The notes under the pieces are model-generated. The model made no database searches, was not told the origin of the DNA, and saw only the letters and a program-made list of their open reading frames with translations. Made by a program: the position numbers and the translations under genes. 51,134 nucleotides of DNA from Opitutaceae bacterium (GTDB lineage: Bacteria; Verrucomicrobiota; Verrucomicrobiia; Opitutales; Opitutaceae): positions 1 to 51,134 of the forward strand of contig DAIPIP010000001.1 of assembly GCA_036770725.1 (NCBI GenBank), read 5' to 3'. Below are positions 38,293-47,102 of this stretch, piece after piece. Numbering within the stretch: the first letter of the stretch is position 1; the number at the start of each line of letters is the position of its first letter.

Positions 38293-39639
38293 ATGAGCGC
38301 CCCCGTCCCAGGTCATGCCGTCACGTCCCTTTCCGTGACGGGTTCCGCCACCCCCATCATCAAGCCCACCGATCTGCGCGGCATTCTCCGCTACGTCCCT
38401 CGCTTCCAAGGCCAGATTTTCGTGCTCGCGCTCGACGGCTCCATCGTGGCCGACGAGAACTTCGGCAACCTGCTCGTCGATATCGCCGTGCTGCGCTCGC
38501 TCGGCATCAAGGTCGTGCTCGTCCACGGCATCGGAGTCCAATTGGACGAACTCTCCAAACAGCGCGGCATCCCCATCTCCAACGTGGACGGCGCCGGCGT
38601 CACCGACTCCGCCACCCTCGACCTCGCCATCCGCGCCTCCGCGCGCGTCTCGCATCTCATCCTCGAGGGCGTCACGCAAAACGGCCTGAAATGCGCCATC
38701 ACCAACGCCGTGCGCTCCCTGCCCGTCGGCATCCTCAAGGGCGTTGACCAACAACACACCGGTCGCGTGGACCGTATCGACAAGGATTTCCTCTCCCACC
38801 TCATCGAGCGCGACATCCTGCCCATCATCCAACCCATCGGCTACGGACCCGAGGGCCACTCCTACCGCATCAACTCCGACCTCCTCGCCGCCGAGGTGGG
38901 CGAAGCGCTCGGCGCGTCCAAGGTCATCTATCTCGGCGCCCTCGCCGGCCTGGAGATCGGCGGCGAAATCAAACGCGACCTGCCGATCGAGAAACTCCGC
39001 GCCATTCTCAAGGACGCCCCCGCCTCCATCGCCCCCGCCGCCCTCAGCAAAGCCCAAAACGCCGTGCGCGCCCTCGAGAGCGGCGTCTCGCGAGTTCACC
39101 TCGTGGACGGCCGCATCTTCGACGGCCTGATCAACGAGATTTTCTCCAACGAGGGCGTCGGCACGCTCATCTACGCGAACGATTATCAGCAGATTCGCAA
39201 AGCCCGCCGCGCCGACGTTCGCTTCATCTACAACCTCACCCGCGCCGCCGTGAAGCGCGAGGAGCTGATCCACCGCACCCAGGGCACGATCGAAAAACAC
39301 ATCGACCAATTCTTCGTCTTCGAAATCGACGAAAACATCATCGCCTGCGCCACCCTCACCTTCTACCCCGACAAACCCAAACTCGCCGAGGTCGGTTCCC
39401 TCTACGTCCTGCCCTTCTACCAAAACCGCGGCATCGGTCGCAAACTCATCGAATACGCCTGCCTGCGTGCCAAAGAAAAAGGCGCCACCGAGGTCCTCGC
39501 GCTCTCCACCCAGAGCTACAGCTTTTTCACCTCGGTCATGAACTTCACCGAGGCCGGCACCGAAGCCCTCCCCGAAGCCCGCCTCAAAACCTACGCGGAA
39601 AGCGGACGCAACCCGCGCGTTTTGATCAAGCGCCTCTGA
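38293..39639 (+). CDS. argA: Amino-acid N-acetyltransferase (N-acetylglutamate synthase)
   Basis: Amino-acid-kinase-like domain (LVHG, GVD..HTG.V, EIFS..G.GT) plus GNAT domain (LYV.P.YQ.RGIG). Confidence 0.93.
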   Translation: MSAPVPGHAVTSLSVTGSATPIIKPTDLRGILRYVPRFQGQIFVLALDGSIVADENFGNLLVDIAVLRSLGIKVVLVHGIGVQLDELSKQRGIPISNVDGAGVTDSATLDLAIRASARVSHLILEGVTQNGLKCAITNAVRSLPVGILKGVDQQHTGRVDRIDKDFLSHLIERDILPIIQPIGYGPEGHSYRINSDLLAAEVGEALGASKVIYLGALAGLEIGGEIKRDLPIEKLRAILKDAPASIAPAALSKAQNAVRALESGVSRVHLVDGRIFDGLINEIFSNEGVGTLIYANDYQQIRKARRADVRFIYNLTRAAVKREELIHRTQGTIEKHIDQFFVFEIDENIIACATLTFYPDKPKLAEVGSLYVLPFYQNRGIGRKLIEYACLRAKEKGATEVLALSTQSYSFFTSVMNFTEAGTEALPEARLKTYAESGRNPRVLIKRL

Positions 39640-39648
39640 TCGACCGGC

Positions 39649-42519
39649 CTAACGCGCCGCCATCCATTTCGCCAACGACCGCCCGGTCAGGCTGCGCTTC
39701 TCCTTTTCGATCCCCGCTCGCGTGCCCGCATACACGATCTCGCCGCCCGCCGCGCCGCCACCCGGGCCGAGGTCGATCACCCAATCGGCCAAGTTAACGA
39801 CGTCGAGATTGTGCTCGATCACGATCAGCGTGTTGCCCGCGTCGCGCAGTTTGAACAACAGGTCCATCAGGTGCTGGATATCCACCCAGTGCAGCCCCGT
39901 CGTGGGCTCGTCCAAAATATAAAGCGTGTCGCCCTGCTGCCGCTTGCTCAGCTCCAATGACAATTTTAACCGCTGCGCCTCTCCACCCGAGAGCGTCGTC
40001 GCGCTCTGCCCAAGCGTCAGATAACCGAGCCCCACCGCCGACAAGGTCTCCAGCCGGTCCATGATCTTCGGAATGTTTTTAAACACCCCTATCGCCTCGC
40101 TCACCGACATGTTCAACACGTCCGATATCGAGTGGCCGTGAAACAAAATCTCCAGCGTCTCGCGGTTAAAGCGCCGCCCGCCGCAGCTCGGGCACGGCGC
40201 GTAGGCGTCGGCCATGAACTGCATGTCGAGCTTGATGACGCCGTCGCCCGCGCAGCGCTCGCAACGCCCGCCGCGCACGTTGAACGAAAACCGGCTCGCC
40301 GTGTAGCCGCGCACCTTCGCCAGCGGCACCATCGCGAACAACTCGCGCAACGGGTCCATCAAGCCCGTGTAGGTAGCCGGATTCGACCTCGGCGAACGCC
40401 CGATGGGCGACTGGTCCACCTGCACCAGCTTTTCAAACGTATCCAGATTTTCGATATGCCGATGCTTTCCGGGGATCGACTTCGCGCCGTTGAGCTTTCG
40501 CGCCGCCGCCGCCGCCAGCACATCGTTCACCAGCGTGCTCTTGCCCGAGCCCGACACGCCCGTGACCACCGTCAACAAGCCGACCGGGAAGCGCGCATCG
40601 ACGCCCTTCAGGTTGTTCTCCCGCGCCTCGCGCACGGTGAGAAAAAGCCCGTCGCCCGCCTTGGGTTTCGCGTCGCGAGTCACGCGGATCTTGCGCGAAA
40701 GATACGGCCCCGTGCGCGTAAGTTTCGCGGGCAACGCCATGAGTTTTTCCGGCGTGCCCTGAAACAAAATCCGCCCGCCCTCCGTGCCTGCTTCCGGACC
40801 CATTTCCACGATCTCGTCGGCGAGCCGCATCGTGTCCTCGTCGTGCTCGACCACGACCACCGTGTTGCCGCGATCGCGCAGCTCGGTGAGCGTCGCGAGC
40901 AGTTTTTCGTTGTCCGCCGGATGCAGCCCGATGCTCGGCTCGTCGAGCACGTAGATCACGCCCATCAACCCCATCCCCAGCTGCGTCGCCAGCCGCACAC
41001 GTTGAGCCTCGCCGCCGGAAAGCGTGTCGTAGTCGCGATTCAAGGTCAGGTATCCGAGCCCCGTCTCCAGCAGGAAACGCAGCCGCTGCTCGATCCCGGT
41101 CGCGATCTCGCGCACCGCCTCGTGCGTGCCCGCCTTCGCCAGCAAACCGCTCACACACGCATGCGCCGCGGAAACATCCAGCGCGAAAAACTCCGTGATC
41201 GATTGATCCAGCACTTTCACCGCCATGCTGCGCGCATTCAGCCGCCCGCCCTTACACGTCGGACACTCCCCGCTCACCATAAACGTTGTCAGCCGCGCCC
41301 GAAACCCATCGCTGTCCGTCTCGCGAAAACTCTCCTCCAGATCCGCGATCACGCCGGCGAAAGGCATGGCTCGCGCCTCGCGCATGCGCTTCAACTTGAA
41401 GGCAAACTGCCGCTCGCCCGCGCCAAACAAAATCGCCTTGCGCGTCGCCTCAGGCAGCTCCTTCCACGGCGTCTCCGGATCATACGGCAACTGCTCCGCC
41501 AGCTGCTTGAGCAGGGCATTGTGTTTGATGATGAGATTTTTTCCGCCGATGCGCCACGGCTTGATCGCACCGCCGCGCACCGATTTCTCCGGGTCGGGCA
41601 CGATGAGTTCCGGCACGAAGCGCAACTTCCGCCCCAACCCGTCGCAGTCCGGACACGCGCCTTCGCGATGGTTAAACGAAAAATGACGCGGCGTGAGTTT
41701 CTCGAAAACGTCGCCGCAAATCTCGCAGGCCAACGATTGCGAGAGCGTCACCTCGCGCCACTCGCCGGCCGGCGCGCCGGATTTCTGCGCGAGCACGAGC
41801 GCGCGGTCCTTCCCCTCGCGAAACGCCAGTTCCAACGAGTCCGCCAGCCGCGAACGTTGTTCGGCCACCGCCACGAGACGATCCACCACCACGTCCACCG
41901 CGATCTCCCGCGCCCCCTGCCCGTTCGGCACCAGATGCGGGTCGTCGAGATTCTTAACCTCACCGTCGATGCGCACGCGCTGAAAGCCCCGTTGCCGCAG
42001 CCGCGGCAACTCGTCGCGCAACACGCTCGGTCGCGCGGTCAGGGCCGGCGCGAGCAACATGATGCGTTCTCCCGCGCAGGCCGTCAGCACGTGTTGCACG
42101 TTGTCATCGAGCGAGCGCTGCACCACGCGCCCGCCGTCCTTCGGGCAGCGTTGCTCGCCGTGCAATGCCCACAACAGGCGCGCGTAGTCCGCGATCTCCG
42201 TCACCGTCGCGATGGTCGAGCGCGGCGAGCCGTTGCCCGTGCGTTGCTCGATCGCCAGCACGGGCGACAAACCATGGATGAAATCGACGTCCGGCCGCTT
42301 GAGTTGCTCCAACACCTGCCGCGCCTGGGTCGAGAGCGACTCCATGTATTTCCGGTAGCCCTCGGCATAGAGCGTGTCGAAGGCCAGCGACGATTTGCCC
42401 GAGCCCGACGGCCCCGTGATGACCGTAAGTTTTCCGCGTGGCAGGCGGACTTCTAGGTTTTTGAGGTTATGCTCTCGGGCTCCCTTGATGTGGATGTGCG
42501 TGGCGGGCGCGGACTGCAT
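39649..42519 (-). CDS. uvrA: Excinuclease ABC subunit A
   Basis: GAREHNLKN, two Walker A motifs ([16 protein letters not shown]), two LSGGEAQR and zinc fingers. Confidence 0.98.
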   Translation of the reverse strand: MQSAPATHIHIKGAREHNLKNLEVRLPRGKLTVITGPSGSGKSSLAFDTLYAEGYRKYMESLSTQARQVLEQLKRPDVDFIHGLSPVLAIEQRTGNGSPRSTIATVTEIADYARLLWALHGEQRCPKDGGRVVQRSLDDNVQHVLTACAGERIMLLAPALTARPSVLRDELPRLRQRGFQRVRIDGEVKNLDDPHLVPNGQGAREIAVDVVVDRLVAVAEQRSRLADSLELAFREGKDRALVLAQKSGAPAGEWREVTLSQSLACEICGDVFEKLTPRHFSFNHREGACPDCDGLGRKLRFVPELIVPDPEKSVRGGAIKPWRIGGKNLIIKHNALLKQLAEQLPYDPETPWKELPEATRKAILFGAGERQFAFKLKRMREARAMPFAGVIADLEESFRETDSDGFRARLTTFMVSGECPTCKGGRLNARSMAVKVLDQSITEFFALDVSAAHACVSGLLAKAGTHEAVREIATGIEQRLRFLLETGLGYLTLNRDYDTLSGGEAQRVRLATQLGMGLMGVIYVLDEPSIGLHPADNEKLLATLTELRDRGNTVVVVEHDEDTMRLADEIVEMGPEAGTEGGRILFQGTPEKLMALPAKLTRTGPYLSRKIRVTRDAKPKAGDGLFLTVREARENNLKGVDARFPVGLLTVVTGVSGSGKSTLVNDVLAAAAARKLNGAKSIPGKHRHIENLDTFEKLVQVDQSPIGRSPRSNPATYTGLMDPLRELFAMVPLAKVRGYTASRFSFNVRGGRCERCAGDGVIKLDMQFMADAYAPCPSCGGRRFNRETLEILFHGHSISDVLNMSVSEAIGVFKNIPKIMDRLETLSAVGLGYLTLGQSATTLSGGEAQRLKLSLELSKRQQGDTLYILDEPTTGLHWVDIQHLMDLLFKLRDAGNTLIVIEHNLDVVNLADWVIDLGPGGGAAGGEIVYAGTRAGIEKEKRSLTGRSLAKWMAAR

Positions 42520-42621
42520 GATACGTGACCGACAGCCTACGCATCCGGGGCGGCGCGCAAACTCTCTCGCGGCAAAAGTTTCCTCGCTCCGCGCCCTCCC
42601 CTCGGCTTTTTCCTAGCCATC

Positions 42622-43800
42622 ATGGCTGAACCCGCACCCGAACGGCCCCCGCTTTTTACGCCCGTCCAGCTCCGGCTCGTCGGTTTCTCGCTCGCCTTCC
42701 TCGCGCTCGTCGTCTCGGGCTTCCTCGTCGTAAAGCTCATCGCCGGCGCGGTGGATTTGCTCGGGTTTTTCTCTGGCGTGCTCTGGCCGCTCATCACCGC
42801 GGGCATCATGGCCCTGGTGCTCATGCCGCTGGTTCACCTCCTGGAACGACGCCTCAACATCAGCCGCGTCTTCGCCGTCGTTGTGATCTACGGCACCTTC
42901 ATCGTCGCGGTCACCGGCCTCGCTTTGCTCATCATTCCCCCGGTCGCTAAACAGTTGATCGATTTCATCACCTTCCTGCCCGATCTCTGGGAACGCGCCG
43001 TCAACTATGGCGAACAAAACCACGGCGCCTGGGTGACCACCATCCAGGGCTACCTCGAAAACCCCAAAATCAAGGACGCGCTGGATAAGATCATAAAGGA
43101 AGCGCAAGGACTTACCGAGTTTGCCGTGCCCTCGCTCAAAGCCGCCGGTGCCGGCGCGCTCAGCGTCGCCGCGTTTTTCACCAGCCTCGCGATCATCCCG
43201 ATCTATTTGTTTTTCTTCCTGCTCTCCAGCGGCAACCCGACCCAAAACCTCGGCGAACACCTCAGCTTTCTGAAGCCGGGCCTGCGCAACGACATCGTCT
43301 TTCTCGTGCGCGAATTCATCGCCATCGTCGTCTCGTTCTTCCGCGGCCAGCTCGTCATCGGCCTCATCATGGGCGTGCTCCTCGCCGTAGGCTTCACCGC
43401 CGTCGGCCTGAAATTCGGCCTCTTCATCGGCCTCATGCTCGGAGTGCTCAACATCATCCCCTACCTCGGCACCATCATCGGCCTGAGCGTCGCCATCCCT
43501 CTCGCATTTTTTCAACCCCACGGAGGCCTCCAGCTCGTCGGCCTCGTCCTCCTCGTCTTCACCCTCGTCCAAACGTTTGAAGGCTGGTATCTCACTCCCA
43601 AAATCATGGGCGATCGCACCGGCCTCCACCCCGTCACCATCATCGTCGCGATTTTCTTCTGGGGCACCGCCCTCGGCGGCATCCTTGGCATGATTCTCGC
43701 CATCCCGCTCACCGCCTTTTTCGTCACCCTCTGGCGTCTGCTTAAACGCAAATATCTCGTCATGCTGACCGATCAACCGGCCGCGCCCGAAACCGTGTAA
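42622..43800 (+). CDS. AI-2E family transporter
   Basis: FFRGQL, LN.IPYLG, Q..EG..LTPK.MG...GLHP and GGILGMILAIP. Confidence 0.92.
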   Translation: MAEPAPERPPLFTPVQLRLVGFSLAFLALVVSGFLVVKLIAGAVDLLGFFSGVLWPLITAGIMALVLMPLVHLLERRLNISRVFAVVVIYGTFIVAVTGLALLIIPPVAKQLIDFITFLPDLWERAVNYGEQNHGAWVTTIQGYLENPKIKDALDKIIKEAQGLTEFAVPSLKAAGAGALSVAAFFTSLAIIPIYLFFFLLSSGNPTQNLGEHLSFLKPGLRNDIVFLVREFIAIVVSFFRGQLVIGLIMGVLLAVGFTAVGLKFGLFIGLMLGVLNIIPYLGTIIGLSVAIPLAFFQPHGGLQLVGLVLLVFTLVQTFEGWYLTPKIMGDRTGLHPVTIIVAIFFWGTALGGILGMILAIPLTAFFVTLWRLLKRKYLVMLTDQPAAPETV

Positions 43801-44210
43801 TGAATCTGCGTTGGTCCTTTCTGGATCGTCACCAAGACGTCGGCCTCTTGTTGCTCCGCGTGGGCGTGGGCGCGCTTTTCCTTTTCATCCACGGCCTCCC
43901 CAAACTCACCGACCCCGGCACCTGGGCCCGCATCGGCCGTTCCGTGAGTTATCTCGGCATCGACTTCGGCCATCAAGTCTGGGGCTTCGCCGCCGTCCTC
44001 GCCATGACCCTCGGCGCGGTCTGCCTCGTCCTCGGCTTCCTGCATCGCCCCGCCGCCCTCGCCCTCACCCTCACGATGGGCGTCGCCTCGATCTGGAAGT
44101 TCTACCCCTTCGGCGGCTGGGACGCCGCCGCCTACCCCGTCGCCATGGCGGGCGTCTGCTTCACCCTGGTAATCCTCGGGCCGGGAAAATTCTCCCTGGA
44201 TAAGCGCTGA
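43800..44210 (+). CDS. DoxX family membrane protein
   Basis: GLLLLRV..G...HG.PKL and GPGKFSLD. Confidence 0.88.
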   Translation: MNLRWSFLDRHQDVGLLLLRVGVGALFLFIHGLPKLTDPGTWARIGRSVSYLGIDFGHQVWGFAAVLAMTLGAVCLVLGFLHRPAALALTLTMGVASIWKFYPFGGWDAAAYPVAMAGVCFTLVILGPGKFSLDKR

Positions 44211-44249
44211 GCCGGTTTGAACCCGCGCCGCGCTCGCTAATGTGCCCGC

Positions 44250-47102
44250 GTGCCCTGGGACGTCCAATTTCGCAACGGCCTCTACCTGCCGCAACTTGAC
44301 TGGTGGCTCGACGCGCATCACCCCGTCGCGCGCTCCTTCGTCTCGCACGCCCACTTCGACCACCTCGCCGCCCACCGCGAAGTCCTGTTTTCCCCCGGCA
44401 CCGCCGCCCTCATGCGCGCCCGCATGCCCGACCGCACCGGCGACCGCGTCGAACGCGAACTCCCTTTCGGCCAGACCATCCCGCTCTCCGCCGACCACCC
44501 CGAGGTCTCCGCCACGCTTCACCCCGCCGGCCACATCCACGGCTCGGCCATGATCCTGCTCGAACACCCCGCGCACGGCCGCCTGCTCTACACCGGCGAT
44601 TTTAAACTCCGCCCCGGCCGCTCCGCCGAACGCTGCGAACCCCCGCTCGCCGACCTCGTCATCATGGAGACGACGTATGGCCGTCCGCACTACACCCTGC
44701 CGCCCACCGACGCCGTCCTCGCCGACGTCATCGCTTGGTGCCGCGCCGCGCTCGATGAAGGCGACACCCCTGTGCTCTTCGGTTATAGCCTGGGCAAAAG
44801 CCAGGAGATCCTGCGTTCCCTGGCCGACGCCGCCCTGCCCGTCATGCTGCACCCGCAGACCCTGAAGCTCACCGCCATCTACGAGCAACTCGGCATCACC
44901 TTCCCGCCCTACGCCGCCTTCGACGCCGCCACCTGCGCCGTCCACGTCGTCATCTGCCCGCCCCAGGCCGCCAACTCCACCTTCGTGCGCAAAATCCCCC
45001 GCCGTCGCACCGCCACCCTCACCGGCTGGGCCCTCGATCCCGGCGCGCGTTTTCGTTATCAGTGCGACGCCGCCTTCCCGCTTTCAGACCACGCCGACTA
45101 CCCCGATCTCCTGCGCTTCGTTGAGCTAACCCAACCCACCCGCGTGCTCACCCTCCACGGCTTCGCCGCCGACTTCGCCCGCGACCTCCGCGACCGCGGC
45201 CTCGACGCCTGGTCCGTCAACCAAACCAACCAACTCGAAATCCCCCTCGCCCCCTCCCTCCCCGCACTCCCGGAAAAGTGTAACCAAATTGGTTACACTA
45301 CCCACACTTTAACTCAGGCACAGTGTAACCAAATTGGTTACACTTTTCCGTTTCCAGCCACGCTCGACGCCCTCGCCGTCGTCGCCGAGGCCATCCGCGC
45401 CACCCCGGCCAAGTCGCAAAAAATCGCCCTCCTCCGCGACCACTTCACAACCCTCGCCGCCGCCGACCCCGATTCCGCCGCCCTCGCCGCGCTCTACCTC
45501 ACCGGCCGCGCCTCCCCCCAATCCGACCCGCGCTCGCTTCAAACCGGCTGGGCCCTCCTCCGCCGCGCCGTGCTCGAAACCTCAGGCCACAACGAGGGCG
45601 ATTTCCGCGCCGCGTATCGACGTTTTGGAGACAGCGGCGACACCGCCGAATCCCTCCTCGCCGCTCCCCGACTCCCCATTAATCCCCCCTCACCACTTCT
45701 CCTCGCCGATCTCGCGTCCCTCCTCGCCCGCCTCGCCGCCACCTCCGCCCCCGCCGCCAAGCTCGACCAGCTCACCGCCACCCTCCGCCGCCTCACGCCC
45801 CTCGCCGCCAAATACCTCGTCAAAATCATCACCGGCGACCTCCGCATCGGCCTGCGCGAAGGCCTCGTCGAGGAAGCCGTCGCCGCCGCCTCCACCCGCC
45901 CGCTCGATGCCGTGCGCGAGGCCAACCTCCTCTGCGGCGACCTCCCCGCCGTCGTGCGCGCCGCCTTCGCCGATCAACTCGCCACCATCACCCTTCGCGT
46001 TTTTCACCCGCTGCAGTGCATGCTCGCCAGCCCCGAGCCCACCGCCGAGGCCATCCTCGCCCGCCTCGCCCCGCCCGTCTGGCTGGAGGAAAAATACGAC
46101 GGCATCCGCTGCCAGCTCCACAAACAAGGCGAGCGCGTCGAGCTCTACTCCCGCGACCTCCACCGCATCACCGATCAGTTCCCCGAGCTCGCCGCCGCCG
46201 CCCGCCGCGAGCTCCCCGCCGACTGCATTCTCGACGGCGAACTCCTCGCCTGGCGCGATGGCCGCGCCCTGCCCTTCGCCGACCTCCAAAAACGCCTCAA
46301 CCGCCGCCTCGACGGCCCCGACCTCTTCCTCGGCCAGGAAATCCCCCTGGCCTTCTCCACCTTCGATCTCCTCTGGCTTAACGGAGAGCCCACCCTGAAG
46401 CATCCGCTCCAAACTCGCCGCCAACGCCTCGAGCACCTTGCCGACATTGGTCATTGGTCATGTCAGGCCAGCGCCTCAAACGCGCTAGACGGCATTGGTC
46501 ATTTCCACGTCGCCCCGCTCACCTTCGCCCACACCGCCTACGAAATCGACGCCGCCTTCCTCTCCGCCCGCCAGCGCGGCAACGAGGGCCTCATGGCCAA
46601 AGACCCCGCCTCGCCCTACACCCCTGGTCGTCGTGGCCAGGTCTGGCTCAAACTCAAAAAAGCCTACGCCACGCTCGATGTCGTCGTCGTCGCGGTCGAA
46701 CTCGGCCACGGCAAACGAAAGGGCGTGCTAAGCGACTACACCTTCGCCGTGCGCGACGAGTCCACCGGCGCGCTCCGCACCGTGGGCAAAGCCTACTCCG
46801 GCCTCACCGACGTCGAGATCGCCGCCCTCACCGAACACTTCCTCGCCCACACCCTCGAACAGCGCGGACGCCTCCGCCGCGTCGTGCCCGACACCGTGCT
46901 CGAGATCGCCTTTGATCGCATCCAGCCCAGCGCCCGCCACGACAGCGGCTTCGCCCTGCGCTTCCCCCGCATCGCCCGCATCCGCACCGACAAAACCCCC
47001 GCCGAAATCGACACCCTCGAAACCTGCCGCCACCTCGCCGCCGCCAACCCCTTCGTCCCCGCCGACCCCGACCTACTCTCCGATGCCGAGCCAACGTCAT
47101 AG
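44250..47102 (+). CDS. Fusion of ligase-associated MBL-fold exonuclease and ATP-dependent DNA ligase
   Basis: N-terminal SHAHFDH, AGHIHGS, YTGDFK, ETTYG and LSDHAD; C-terminal EEKYDG.R, LDGE, EGLMAK, WLKLK and LRFPR. Confidence 0.93.
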   Translation: MPWDVQFRNGLYLPQLDWWLDAHHPVARSFVSHAHFDHLAAHREVLFSPGTAALMRARMPDRTGDRVERELPFGQTIPLSADHPEVSATLHPAGHIHGSAMILLEHPAHGRLLYTGDFKLRPGRSAERCEPPLADLVIMETTYGRPHYTLPPTDAVLADVIAWCRAALDEGDTPVLFGYSLGKSQEILRSLADAALPVMLHPQTLKLTAIYEQLGITFPPYAAFDAATCAVHVVICPPQAANSTFVRKIPRRRTATLTGWALDPGARFRYQCDAAFPLSDHADYPDLLRFVELTQPTRVLTLHGFAADFARDLRDRGLDAWSVNQTNQLEIPLAPSLPALPEKCNQIGYTTHTLTQAQCNQIGYTFPFPATLDALAVVAEAIRATPAKSQKIALLRDHFTTLAAADPDSAALAALYLTGRASPQSDPRSLQTGWALLRRAVLETSGHNEGDFRAAYRRFGDSGDTAESLLAAPRLPINPPSPLLLADLASLLARLAATSAPAAKLDQLTATLRRLTPLAAKYLVKIITGDLRIGLREGLVEEAVAAASTRPLDAVREANLLCGDLPAVVRAAFADQLATITLRVFHPLQCMLASPEPTAEAILARLAPPVWLEEKYDGIRCQLHKQGERVELYSRDLHRITDQFPELAAAARRELPADCILDGELLAWRDGRALPFADLQKRLNRRLDGPDLFLGQEIPLAFSTFDLLWLNGEPTLKHPLQTRRQRLEHLADIGHWSCQASASNALDGIGHFHVAPLTFAHTAYEIDAAFLSARQRGNEGLMAKDPASPYTPGRRGQVWLKLKKAYATLDVVVVAVELGHGKRKGVLSDYTFAVRDESTGALRTVGKAYSGLTDVEIAALTEHFLAHTLEQRGRLRRVVPDTVLEIAFDRIQPSARHDSGFALRFPRIARIRTDKTPAEIDTLETCRHLAAANPFVPADPDLLSDAEPTS
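45271..45350. repeat. Intragenic palindromic element: two identical 23-bp palindromes inside an outer inverted repeat
   Basis: AGTGTAACCAA-A-TTGGTTACACT at 45277-45299 and 45322-45344; outer ends CGGAAA / TTTCCG; encodes CNQIGYT twice. Confidence 0.9.
46445..46504 (+). repeat. Intragenic CATTGGT heptamer element in the ligase domain
   Basis: cattggt cattggt cat... at 46445 and cattggt cattt at 46493; encodes IGHWS...IGH. Confidence 0.7.

Noticed and set aside
30631..44249. LexA boxes (TGTTC-N4-GAACA type) upstream of dinG, uvrA or the ligase operon
   Set aside because: No convincing match seen by eye in those upstream regions
45271..45350. Possible mini-CRISPR (two identical 23-bp repeats with a 22-bp spacer)
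   Set aside because: Only two units, located inside an ORF, fully palindromic, with no leader or cas genes in the window
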